Assembly (NCBI GenBank): GCA_964451045.1
Contig: CAYVFQ010000006.1
Location: forward strand, 1 to 18,938
Origin: an uncultured archaeon
GTDB taxonomy: Archaea > Aenigmatarchaeota > Aenigmatarchaeia > CG10238-14 > SCSR01
DNA: 18,938 nt
Reading direction: 5' to 3'
Shown: positions 7,742 through 15,411 of the stretch, in pieces
Numbering within the stretch: position 1 is the stretch's first letter
Layout: every line of letters starts with the position of its first letter
Position numbers and translations under genes: made by a program
Notes under the pieces: generated by a model
Seen by the model: only the letters and a program-made list of their open reading frames with translations
What the model was told of the DNA's origin: nothing
Databases searched by the model: none

Positions 7742-7814
7742 ATAGGAAACACAAAACCTCTAGAAATATCTGAACACTGCGACGTTGATATAGTAAAAAA
7801 TAGTGATGAGCAGG

Positions 7815-8609
7815 TTAAAGCATTTGAGTTTTCACAATTCCCAAAAGTTTGAAAACCGCTTTCATTGCCAGAAACTCTGTTATCCTGTTCGAGCCGAGCG
7901 GCCGTATCTCAACGCAGTCCAGCCCCACGAGTTTTGCATCTTTTAAAAATTCCAGCAAGCCGACAAATTCTCTATATAATATGCCTCCGGGTTCCGGATA
8001 CTTCACAGAAGGCGCGATAGACGGGTCAAAAACGTCCATGTCTACGCTGACATAAACTTCCGAGCCGCCGACGAATTCCTGCAGGCGTTCCTTGATGCCT
8101 TCCAAATCATCTTTAACTTTATCAGAGGTAAAATACATCACGTTGTTCAATCTTAAAAATTTCAGTTCCTCTTCATCACCCGACCGCACGCCGACAACGG
8201 TAACTCTTTCGCAATTCCCTTTGTCCAGCTCGCACCACCTTCGCAGCCAGCACGCGTGGCTGAACTTCGATCCCTCGTATTCATCCTTCACGTCAGCATG
8301 GGCATCGAACACGACAAGCTTGGCTTTGGGCATGGACTTCATCGCGTAGAGCGTGGTCGTGTGCTCTTTCGAAAGCAACAGCGGCAGCTTTCCCTTTGAC
8401 ACCGCTTCTCTCGCCTTCACCTCAACTTCCTCCAGCTTCACATCGCCAGCATCGAATATCTTTGCGTTCTCAAGCAAATTCCTCTCTTCGACGATGTCAA
8501 ACGGCTCGACAAGCTGGCTCGCTTCCCGCAATGACTCAGGACAGTCTACTCCAAAAACTATAACGTTTGCCTCTTCCTCTGGAAAAACGTCGGTAACGAA
8601 CTTTGTCAT
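7815..8609 (-). CDS. speB: Agmatinase / arginase-family ureohydrolase
   Basis: 264 aa. Mn-binding motifs VVFDAHADV and SVDMDVFDP of the arginase/agmatinase family. Confidence 0.85.
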   Translation of the reverse strand: MTKFVTDVFPEEEANVIVFGVDCPESLREASQLVEPFDIVEERNLLENAKIFDAGDVKLEEVEVKAREAVSKGKLPLLLSKEHTTTLYAMKSMPKAKLVVFDAHADVKDEYEGSKFSHACWLRRWCELDKGNCERVTVVGVRSGDEEELKFLRLNNVMYFTSDKVKDDLEGIKERLQEFVGGSEVYVSVDMDVFDPSIAPSVKYPEPGGILYREFVGLLEFLKDAKLVGLDCVEIRPLGSNRITEFLAMKAVFKLLGIVKTQML

Positions 8610-8642
8610 GTTTCTATTTTAGGACTCAGCGATTTAAAAGGT

Positions 8643-8864
8643 CTACCACTTCAGCTTGTCGCTTTCCGTCAGTTTGAAATACCCCTCTATCATCAGGGAG
8701 ACTGCGACCAGAAAGCACATCATGGGAATCACGTAGAGCAGGCCTGTGTTCTCCAGCAAACTTTGCGGCAGGTTGAAGGCCAGAAAAACCAATATGCCGC
8801 CAAGGATGAAATATATCAAACCTAGTGTCTTCTTCAGTACAGTCGCAGTGTCAAGTATAAGCAT
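8643..8864 (-). CDS. Small two-TM membrane protein immediately downstream of the SPFH gene (possible NfeD-like or partner subunit)
   Basis: 73 aa and hydrophobic. Sits 31 nt downstream of the stomatin-like gene on the same strand. Confidence 0.4.
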   Translation of the reverse strand: MLILDTATVLKKTLGLIYFILGGILVFLAFNLPQSLLENTGLLYVIPMMCFLVAVSLMIEGYFKLTESDKLKW

Positions 8865-8895
8865 ATAATAAGATTAGAAAACGGTACTAAATAAA

Positions 8896-9837
8896 TTATT
8901 TCTTTGGCTTGGGGACCTTCGCACTTACACCAGACGACAGTACCGGGCTGTCCAAGGCCTCTGTCGGCGCAAATATTATTGTGTTGCTCTGATCCTGGCT
9001 GACATCAGAGATGGTCTGCAATTGGCGCAAAGCATAGGAATATTTTGATTTCGCAAGCTCGTCCGACGCTTTCCTCAAATTCTGCGCAGCTTCCAGCTCG
9101 CCTTCCGATGCGATGATGACCCCACGCTTCTCGCGCTCGGCCTCTGCCTGCCTTGCCATCACGCGCTTCATGTCTTCCGGCAGGGTTATGTCCTGCAGCT
9201 CCACTGAAATGATGTCCACCCCCCACTCGTCCGTAACCTCGTCCACGACTTTCTTTATCTCCTCTGCAATCTCCTCTCTCTTCGACAGCAGCTCGTCCAG
9301 GTCCTTCTGACCTATCACGTTTCGCAAAGTTGTCTGCGCATACTGCTTGACGCTATAGACGAAATCCTGTATCTCCACAATGGTTTTCCTCGTGTCCATC
9401 ACCTTGAGGAAGACGACCGCATCTATGCCCACCGAAATGTTGTCCCTCGTTATCACCTGCTGCTGCGGGATGTCCAGCGTGCGTATCCTCTTGTCCCTTC
9501 TCACATACGTCTCGAGTATCGGCCACTTGAAGAACAGTCCGGGCCCGACAGTCCTTTTGTACTTTCCGAATTTGAGAATTATCGCCTCTTCCCACTGGTT
9601 GTTTATCTTTATTGCTGACGATATGAGCGCCCACAACACTATCCCAGAAGCTATGACCAGTGACCCTGTCAATGCACTTCCCTGCATAAGCATCCAAATG
9701 CCTATTGAAAAGATTATCGCACTTGGTATGAACGCTATCAGCGCTGCTGCAGAAGAACCGCCATAAGTATCGGAAGACTCGCTTGAGCCGGACTTGAATG
9801 TCCTCCATTCGTAAGGGTATGTCTGGCCTACAACCAT
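8896..9837 (-). CDS. SPFH / band-7 (stomatin-like) membrane protein
   Basis: 313 aa. N-terminal TM helices followed by a typical SPFH domain (IDAVVFLKV, RNVIGQKDLDELL) and a C-terminal coiled-coil with an AEAEREKRG-like region. Confidence 0.85.
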   Translation of the reverse strand: MVVGQTYPYEWRTFKSGSSESSDTYGGSSAAALIAFIPSAIIFSIGIWMLMQGSALTGSLVIASGIVLWALISSAIKINNQWEEAIILKFGKYKRTVGPGLFFKWPILETYVRRDKRIRTLDIPQQQVITRDNISVGIDAVVFLKVMDTRKTIVEIQDFVYSVKQYAQTTLRNVIGQKDLDELLSKREEIAEEIKKVVDEVTDEWGVDIISVELQDITLPEDMKRVMARQAEAEREKRGVIIASEGELEAAQNLRKASDELAKSKYSYALRQLQTISDVSQDQSNTIIFAPTEALDSPVLSSGVSAKVPKPKK

Positions 9838-9890
9838 GCTATCTTGATTATTTTTAGTGAGCCATGTTTATAAACTTGAAGTGGCCTGCA

Positions 9891-10064
9891 TCATTTCCAA
9901 AGGATATGTATGGCTGTCCCTGCAATAATGCCAACAACGGCTATCACGACTATCGTTTCTGCCAGACTAAAACCCATTGAACTCCTTAGCACTCCTGATA
10001 GCACTCCTGACAATGCTCCAACAACTCCCCCGATTACACCTGCCTTTTTATCAAACTTCATCAT
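9891..10064 (-). CDS. 57-aa glycine-zipper membrane micro-protein (MMKFDKKAGVIGGVVGALSGVLSGVL...)
   Basis: Strong Shine-Dalgarno AAAGGAGGGAAAG 5 nt upstream of ATGATG. GxxxG repeats and a second hydrophobic helix. Under 60 aa, so not in the ORF track. Confidence 0.5.
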   Translation of the reverse strand: MMKFDKKAGVIGGVVGALSGVLSGVLRSSMGFSLAETIVVIAVVGIIAGTAIHILWK

Positions 10065-10085
10065 CTTTCCCTCCTTTTAATGTGA

Positions 10086-10098
10086 AATGCTCCCGACG
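10086..10098. repeat. 13-bp direct repeat AATGCTCCCGACG, an exact copy of the tRNA-Glu 3' end. Putative distal att site of the inserted element.
   Basis: Identical to 12952-12964, which is the reverse complement of the tRNA-Glu T-stem end, acceptor 3' strand and discriminator. Confidence 0.55.
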
Positions 10099-10134
10099 AG
10101 TAAAAGCTTGAAAGACGTCCTATGCATCACTGAA

Positions 10135-10575
10135 TCAATCAGAAATGCCAACCCCGGTCAACTCGTAACCCATTCTGCGAACCATGGCATACAATACGTC
10201 TTCCTCAGAAGGGACCTTCATATTCAAAGCTTTCATATCCTTCCTTACGTCGTCGATCTCTTTTTTAATCCAAGATTCGGAATTAGCGGGTTTCTCAAAG
10301 AACCTCTTACTAACGAAATCCTGCCATTCACAGTAACTCACGCCATCTCCCATTAGGCCATTGTATCCTGTCAGCACAACCACTGCAGCTGCTACCGCCT
10401 CTTCATTTATCGGATTCCTATAGTAGAGTGGACTTACGTTTTCAAGGATCGCTTCTGCTGATTTATGTCCAGGAACGCCTGCTTCAATTCTCATTCTACC
10501 AAGTAAACGGTAAACCAAACTCCTGACAGTCGACTTGTTTGTCATGTCTTCCATTTGGGATTCTATCGCGTACAT
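10135..10575 (-). CDS. Hypothetical protein (146 aa), first gene inside the tRNA-Glu-linked insertion. Normal G+C.
   Basis: Long ORF with good codon structure and no recognisable motif. Confidence 0.5.
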   Translation of the reverse strand: MYAIESQMEDMTNKSTVRSLVYRLLGRMRIEAGVPGHKSAEAILENVSPLYYRNPINEEAVAAAVVVLTGYNGLMGDGVSYCEWQDFVSKRFFEKPANSESWIKKEIDDVRKDMKALNMKVPSEEDVLYAMVRRMGYELTGVGISD

Positions 10576-10645
10576 GTTGTCAGTGTAAATAATGAACTGA
10601 ATTATTAAGTTGATTTAGATGATCAAATGGATCTATTGGAGAAGA

Positions 10646-11527
10646 TCAATTCTTGTCACTAAAATGAGAGTTCCATTTTTTTATTGTTTTATTATAATGA
10701 TCGATTCCAGAACCACGTGTAAGTTTAATTCCATTGTTTTTATTGAATAGATGTTTATATTGCTTATGATTCAAAGTAGATGAAATTACTCTTTTACTTG
10801 GAATTTTCTTACATCCGAAATCTTTCATTATAGATATTATTTGATCTATATTCTCCACTTCCATGTTTTTCACAATAATAAGAATTCTGTCTATTGTAGA
10901 ATCGATTTTATATAATTTTGATATGTCAAATATTTCTTCTCTTAGTACTAGATTCATCTTTTCAAATGAGGCACTTAGGAGAGAATCAGTGATTTTTGAA
11001 CCAAACCCTAGACACCTATAGAAATTAACTATAATCCAGAAAATGTTTGAGATAGAAAGTTTCGCCTCATAAATTTTCAGCTTATTTGGTTTTAGATGAG
11101 TTCCTTCAAATTTGTTTCTAAGGGTGTAAGTCGAAATCATTGCATATATAAATGGATGATATTCATCTTTGATTACATTTCTTAATTTCAAACACTGTAG
11201 ATCAAATCCCGTATTCGGGATTTTCCACTTATTTAAGTAATAAAAATAATTTCGTATAGCTTCACAGACGTGTGCAGATTTAGTTATAACTCCGGATGGG
11301 TCATTCGGGTACTTTTCTAAAATTTTATCGAAGAGATGTAATACTGTAAACCCGGCCAATAGATTTTCCTTCTTGTTATTCCCTAACGAAGTATTATATT
11401 CACTAATTTTTAGATTCAATATTTCATCATAATCAAAATCAATTCGATTAACAAAAATTTCCCAAAATGCAGTTATGATAGGATCGTTTTCTCCCCAAAA
11501 AAGTTCAGTTAATTCTTTCATATTCAC
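10646..11527 (-). CDS. Hypothetical protein (293 aa), ORFan, about 27-30% G+C
   Basis: Long uninterrupted ORF in a strongly AT-rich segment, 3 nt downstream of the 403-aa ORF (operon). Predicted all-alpha, with no recognisable catalytic motif. Confidence 0.6.
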   Translation of the reverse strand: MNMKELTELFWGENDPIITAFWEIFVNRIDFDYDEILNLKISEYNTSLGNNKKENLLAGFTVLHLFDKILEKYPNDPSGVITKSAHVCEAIRNYFYYLNKWKIPNTGFDLQCLKLRNVIKDEYHPFIYAMISTYTLRNKFEGTHLKPNKLKIYEAKLSISNIFWIIVNFYRCLGFGSKITDSLLSASFEKMNLVLREEIFDISKLYKIDSTIDRILIIVKNMEVENIDQIISIMKDFGCKKIPSKRVISSTLNHKQYKHLFNKNNGIKLTRGSGIDHYNKTIKKWNSHFSDKN

Positions 11528-11530
11528 TCA

Positions 11531-12742
11531 TCAAGCTTTGTCTTTACCTAAATTTTTTCGTATTTCGTTTTCTAAAAACTCTATATCTTTTAAGATAATA
11601 TTTGGATCACTATTTTCTGCTTCTTTGAATGAAAGATAATGATATTCAATTAAATCCAAAATATTTTTTGGAACAATGGTAAACTCTTTAAGTTTATTCA
11701 AGTTTTCTGTGAATGTGTTATCATCTCTATTAGTTATAGCTACTTCGATTGCACCCAAATGTTTCCATAGTTTTGGGGATTCGATTATATTTGATTTCTT
11801 TTCAGATACTTCTTTTCTCTTTATGACCAATTTCCATTTCTTTTTCGAACCTTCTAACAGAGTTGTATTTTTTAACAAGTTCCAGATTTTTTTTCCAGCG
11901 TCTTTTGTGGTACTCTCAGACCAAGATTTTTTCAAATCGTGTCCAATCTTTTTACCTAAATTTATCTGAGTAACAAGTTTACCATCAAAGCTCTGTATAA
12001 GTGGAAGATATTTACTCTCAAGCATAATTGTAGTAAAAATATCTTTACGTTCAAGAGCTGTCAATGATGGATCTATTAATCTTTCACCATTTTCGTTTAT
12101 ACCATGGGTAGACCTAGAGAATCTGTTAACAAGGTTTAATGCATCTGCGACAGCTAGTATTCCCGGAAGTTTTCTTTCATGTATACCAGTTTCAATGCTT
12201 AATTTTTTATTGGACGTTGTACCTAATCTGTTTAAACCTCGTAAAGACCGTACAATATCATTATATGATGCTGATGGAATCGGGTATTCTTCTATGCTAC
12301 CCGCTTCGCCTTCCAACAATAAAGTATCACCAACTAGATACCCATTGCCACTGAAAGATATCAACGATGCACATGATTTTCCATAGGTCTTTGTCGATGC
12401 AGTTTTCCATTTTTTACCATACTTATCTTTAACGATATTTCCTATTTCCACGATAGTTAATTTTCCAGTAGCTTCTAATTTTTTAATTAAATAATCAAAT
12501 AGTTCTATGTCCTTAATAATTTTAGATAAAGTACTACGGGCTTTTTCAATATCATTTCTAATCAGAGCCTCGGTGTATATGTTACCAATAGGAGTTAAAT
12601 TACCTTCTTTATCCATAAATCCTAATAGAGTTAGTGTTGGAGCAACATTTCTGAACGATGGCGGCTTCTTGTTTTTATAAAGCAACTTTAGACTTTCATT
12701 CATCTTATGTGACTGTATATAGGGTATTATCATCACAATCAA
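11531..12742 (-). CDS. Hypothetical protein (403 aa), ORFan, about 27-30% G+C. Possible winged-helix-like N-terminal segments.
   Basis: Long ORF. No PD-(D/E)xK, HxxR...Y, P-loop or other recognisable motif by eye. An AT-rich promoter region lies upstream (12743-12950). Confidence 0.6.
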   Translation of the reverse strand: MIVMIIPYIQSHKMNESLKLLYKNKKPPSFRNVAPTLTLLGFMDKEGNLTPIGNIYTEALIRNDIEKARSTLSKIIKDIELFDYLIKKLEATGKLTIVEIGNIVKDKYGKKWKTASTKTYGKSCASLISFSGNGYLVGDTLLLEGEAGSIEEYPIPSASYNDIVRSLRGLNRLGTTSNKKLSIETGIHERKLPGILAVADALNLVNRFSRSTHGINENGERLIDPSLTALERKDIFTTIMLESKYLPLIQSFDGKLVTQINLGKKIGHDLKKSWSESTTKDAGKKIWNLLKNTTLLEGSKKKWKLVIKRKEVSEKKSNIIESPKLWKHLGAIEVAITNRDDNTFTENLNKLKEFTIVPKNILDLIEYHYLSFKEAENSDPNIILKDIEFLENEIRKNLGKDKA

Positions 12743-12951
12743 CTTTTTCCATTTTATTCATTTTATAATCATTCTTTTCAACTTTGATATTTAAATACTT
12801 CATTATTGGTATGTTTTTATTATATCATAATCTATTGTTCAATTACAAATCCCACAATAGGAATTGTAATGGAATATTGTTATAACTACGCGTATATCAC
12901 CCGCTAGAAGCAGTTTACGACTCATTTTCTAGGGAGTCGTTGTTACAGTAT

Positions 12952-12964
12952 AATGCTCCCGACG
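12952..12964. repeat. Proximal copy of the 13-bp direct repeat, forming the 3' end of tRNA-Glu
   Basis: Exact match to 10086-10098. Confidence 0.55.
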
Positions 12965-13097
12965 GGATTTGAACCCGTGCCATCGGGTATCTTCGTTCTG
13001 TCATGGCCGTGCGGCGTTTCTTACCGTGCGGCTCAACGCTTTCTTAGCATAAGCACTCGAAAGCCCGAGATCCTTGACCGGACTAGACGACGGGAGC
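12954..13097 (-). tRNA. tRNA-Glu(TTC) interrupted by an intron of about 69 nt at the canonical 37/38 position
   Basis: Minus-strand exons: GCTCCCG-TC-GTCT-AGTCCGGTCAA-GGAT-C-TCGGG-CTTTCGA | intron | CCCGA-TGGC-ACGGG-TTCAAAT-CCCGT-CGGGAGC-A. Anticodon TTC. Closely resembles archaeal tRNA-Glu. The 144-nt gene minus a 75-nt mature tRNA leaves about 69 nt of intron (roughly 12988-13056). Confidence 0.8.
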
Positions 13098-13152
13098 GTT
13101 TATTATCCGACTGGACTTTAAGTTAATATATTGTCTGTGTTTTTAAAGGTAA

Positions 13153-13227
13153 TGGGCCAGGAGAGATTTGAACTCTCGACCGCCTGATTATCAGTCAGGT
13201 GCTCCAACCAAACTAAGCTACTGGCCC
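13153..13227 (-). tRNA. tRNA-Ile(GAT)
   Basis: GGGCCAG-TA-GCTT-AGTTTGGTTG-GAGC-A-CCTGA-CTGATAA-TCAGG-CGGTC-GAGAG-TTCAAAT-CTCTC-CTGGCCC-A. 75 nt. Confidence 0.9.
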
Positions 13228-13411
13228 TTACTAGTTTATTTAGACTAATCCTTACTTAAAGTTTTAAGTTGTAAAAATCTGAAGGCAGCGAGTTTTTACA
13301 GAAAGATCATTGTCATGAGGGATACAAGAATTGCATGCAAGGTCAGGTCTGTTGAGAAGTGCGCGACCGTGAGTATAAGCACAAGTCTCCATCGCTTCGG
13401 AGTAAATATTA

Positions 13412-13418
13412 TTTATAG
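13412..13418 (+). promoter_or_regulatory. TATA box (TTTATAG) about 25 bp upstream of tRNA-Ala
   Basis: AT-rich TATA-like heptamer at the canonical archaeal -26/-27 distance, preceded by an A-rich BRE-like stretch. Confidence 0.4.
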
Positions 13419-13440
13419 TATACTTACAAGAGTTAGATAT

Positions 13441-13512
13441 GGGCCGATAGATCAATGGCAGATCGCCACGTTCGCAACGTGGAGGCTCCGGGTTCAAGTC
13501 CCGGTCGGTCCA
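13441..13512 (+). tRNA. tRNA-Ala(CGC) carrying the G3:U70 identity pair
   Basis: GGGCCGA-TA-GATC-AATGGCA-GATC-G-CCACG-TTCGCAA-CGTGG-AGGCT-CCGGG-TTCAAGT-CCCGG-TCGGTCC-A. 72 nt, no encoded CCA. Confidence 0.9.
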
Positions 13513-13558
13513 TCCTGTTTTTTTATATTTCCGTCTTTAAATTAAGTTATTAGAGGTC

Positions 13559-14308
13559 TTGAGATTGATAATAGCTGCTACTTCCGACGTCCACGCGCCC
13601 AGGCATTTCGACAGTTTTTTGAAATCGATAGATGCGCTTGACTCGCTCGATACAAAGCCCAACCTGTTTCTTATAGCTGGCGACATGGTCCACAGGGGAG
13701 AATCGCAGGAATATGAGAAGGTAAGCAATGCCATGTTCGGGAAAGTCATGTGCCCTATAATCGCATGCTTCGGTAACAACGAGTACTCGGAGAAGCGCGA
13801 AAGCATCAAGCAGCAGATACGCAACATAACTTTCCTGGACGACCAGAGCATAACGATCAACGTGAACCTGCCTGGGGCCAGCCGCGACACGGTAGTTGGG
13901 ATAGTCGGGACAACAGGCAGCCTTGAGGTGCCTACACCGTGGCAGCGTGCAAACGTGCCGAACATAGAGAGCGTGTACACAAGACGTATTGAAATGGTCG
14001 AACGGCACCTAAAAAATATGAGGGCGGACTTCAAGATAGTGCTTATGCATTACAGTCCCACGTACCGCACGCTGGAAGGCGAGAACCCGAGGTTCTACTC
14101 GAGCATGGGATGGAACGTGTACGAGAACGTCTTGATACGCCAGAAGCCTGACTTGGTGATCCACGGCCATTCTCACCGAGGGATTAAAAGCGCGTGGGTG
14201 GACGGCATACCCGTATTCAATGTGTCGCTGCCGGTAAACAAGGAGATAGCGATCATCGACACGGACGCGATCAAGCCTGGACTTACGAAGTTCGTCCAGA
14301 ATAGATAG
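13559..14308 (+). CDS. Calcineurin-like metallophosphoesterase
   Basis: 249 aa. Motifs SDVHAP (DxH), GDMVHRG (GDxxDRG-like), GNNE, HGHSH. TTG start in the track; an alternative TTG at 13565 has a GAGGT ribosome-binding site at 7 nt. Confidence 0.8.
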   Translation: MRLIIAATSDVHAPRHFDSFLKSIDALDSLDTKPNLFLIAGDMVHRGESQEYEKVSNAMFGKVMCPIIACFGNNEYSEKRESIKQQIRNITFLDDQSITINVNLPGASRDTVVGIVGTTGSLEVPTPWQRANVPNIESVYTRRIEMVERHLKNMRADFKIVLMHYSPTYRTLEGENPRFYSSMGWNVYENVLIRQKPDLVIHGHSHRGIKSAWVDGIPVFNVSLPVNKEIAIIDTDAIKPGLTKFVQNR

Positions 14309-14586
14309 TTTTATAAGGGGTCCGGCCGTAGTTTTTATTGTAGTTAAGGGGGAATTTAGTCTCTAGATGCTTTTTCCTTCGGGATTAAGTATTGAAGGAC
14401 TGGACCTCGGACTTAACTACAAATCTTCTTTATCTCTTGACTATTAGGAATTTCTGCAGTATAGAAATCTTGGTTCTGTCGCATAATTATGGATTTTTAG
14501 GAATGTCACAGGTTGTTGAAAGTACTTGCAAAAATAAAATGAAAAAAATAAAAAATCTATTAAACTACGGGCATTGCTGCCACTTC

Positions 14587-14757
14587 TCAATATTTCTTGT
14601 GCTTTGAGTAACACTCTTTGCAGTATACGGGTCTGCCTTCGGTCGGCTTGAACGGGACTTCGCATTCTGCTCCGCAATCTGCGCAAGTCGCCTTGTGCAT
14701 CTCGCGTGGCCTGTCAAAATCTCTTCTGAATCCGCCTCTGCGTTCTCTGAATGCCAT
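14587..14757 (-). CDS. 56-aa zinc-ribbon micro-protein with an RGG-rich N-terminus (MAFRERRGGFRRDFDRPREMHKATCADCGAECEVPFKPTEGRPVYCKECYSKHKKY)
   Basis: AGGTGA Shine-Dalgarno 5 nt upstream. CxxCG-x17-CxxC arrangement resembling the zf-trcl type of probable zinc-ribbon. Not in the ORF track; the track ORFs here are in other frames. Confidence 0.6.
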   Translation of the reverse strand: MAFRERRGGFRRDFDRPREMHKATCADCGAECEVPFKPTEGRPVYCKECYSKHKKY

Positions 14758-14896
14758 TTATTCACCTTTTCTTAATCTATACAACGACTTACTAGAAGTA
14801 GTATCTATTGTATGTGTAAATTCTTCAAAATCGAAGATAAATAGTTATCTATGGAGCAGAATTAAATCAAAAGAAAACCATATTAGTTATATAGCG

Positions 14897-15076
14897 ATGA
14901 GAATGAGAGGAATCAAAAAAATTAAAGTAACGGAAGGACACGCGAACGGAACTTGTGATTTCTGCCAAAAAAGGGGTCAGACCTACCAGCTGAAATCCCA
15001 GCATAGGAAGTATCGCTTTTTAATCGTTTGCAAGTCATGCCTGAGCAAACTAAGAAGGAGCTTTAGAAAGGACTAG
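14897..15076 (+). CDS. 59-aa basic zinc-finger micro-protein (CDFC...CKSC)
   Basis: ATG-initiated sub-ORF within the track ORF 14618-15076. C-x2-C-x21-C-x2-C. No clear ribosome-binding site. Confidence 0.4.
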   Translation: MRMRGIKKIKVTEGHANGTCDFCQKRGQTYQLKSQHRKYRFLIVCKSCLSKLRRSFRKD

Positions 15077-15089
15077 ACCGCTGTCGAAC

Positions 15090-15272
15090 GTGCTTAAAAT
15101 GAAAAATAATAAGAAAAAGATAGTCGTGGAAAAGCATTTCTGCCCGATTTGCGGAAGTACGGCTATCAGGCCAGTAAAAGACAAGTTTGTATGCCTGAAT
15201 TGCGGAGTGAGGTTTCCGGAACCAAAGAAAACAAAGTTGAAATTGAAGAAAAAACCGGAATACATAGGATAA
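15090..15272 (+). CDS. 60-aa zinc-ribbon protein (CPICG...CLNCG). Weak resemblance to ribosomal S27ae-type zinc ribbons.
   Basis: KHFCPICG-x12-CLNCG with a lysine-rich C-terminus. Confidence 0.5.
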   Translation: MLKMKNNKKKIVVEKHFCPICGSTAIRPVKDKFVCLNCGVRFPEPKKTKLKLKKKPEYIG

Positions 15273-15411
15273 CACTTTTATTCCCGAAAACTAAAATAGT
15301 ATCAGATAGACTCCCAATGGTGTAAAATCGTTTTCTGCGAGCGATGTAAAGTCGTTTTTGAGTCTTTCTGAATAGAGGTGTGGCAAAATCGTATCTGTGA
15401 AGAATAGAAAA

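Larger units (their letters stand above)
10086..12964 (-). mobile_element. About 2.9 kb integrated element or genomic islet inserted at the 3' end of tRNA-Glu. Bounded by 13-bp direct repeats, carries three unknown genes and no recognisable integrase.
   Basis: The direct repeat of the tRNA 3' terminus sits exactly where the low-G+C block ends, and the element lies 3' of the tRNA as expected for tRNA-targeted integration. Confidence 0.5.

Noticed and set aside
7769-7809. CUGA ... GUGAUGA resembling C/D-box elements
   Set aside because: Wrong order and spacing for a C/D sRNA, and it overlaps the 3' end region of the agmatinase gene.
10135-10575. Possibility that the 146-aa protein is a split C-terminal integrase fragment (SSV-type partitioned int)
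   Set aside because: No R...HxxR...Y tyrosine-recombinase residues recognisable. Kept as a hypothetical protein.
13264-13545. Two track ORFs (77 aa minus, 76 aa plus)
   Set aside because: They overlap tRNA-Ala and the tRNA promoter region. These are RNA genes, not coding.
14392-15076. Track ORFs 14392-14607, 14444-14686, 14565-14765 and the long form of 14618-15076
   Set aside because: Wrong frames or over-extended. The real genes here are the 56-aa zinc-ribbon ORF at 14587-14757 (minus) and the ATG-initiated 59-aa sub-ORF at 14897-15076.
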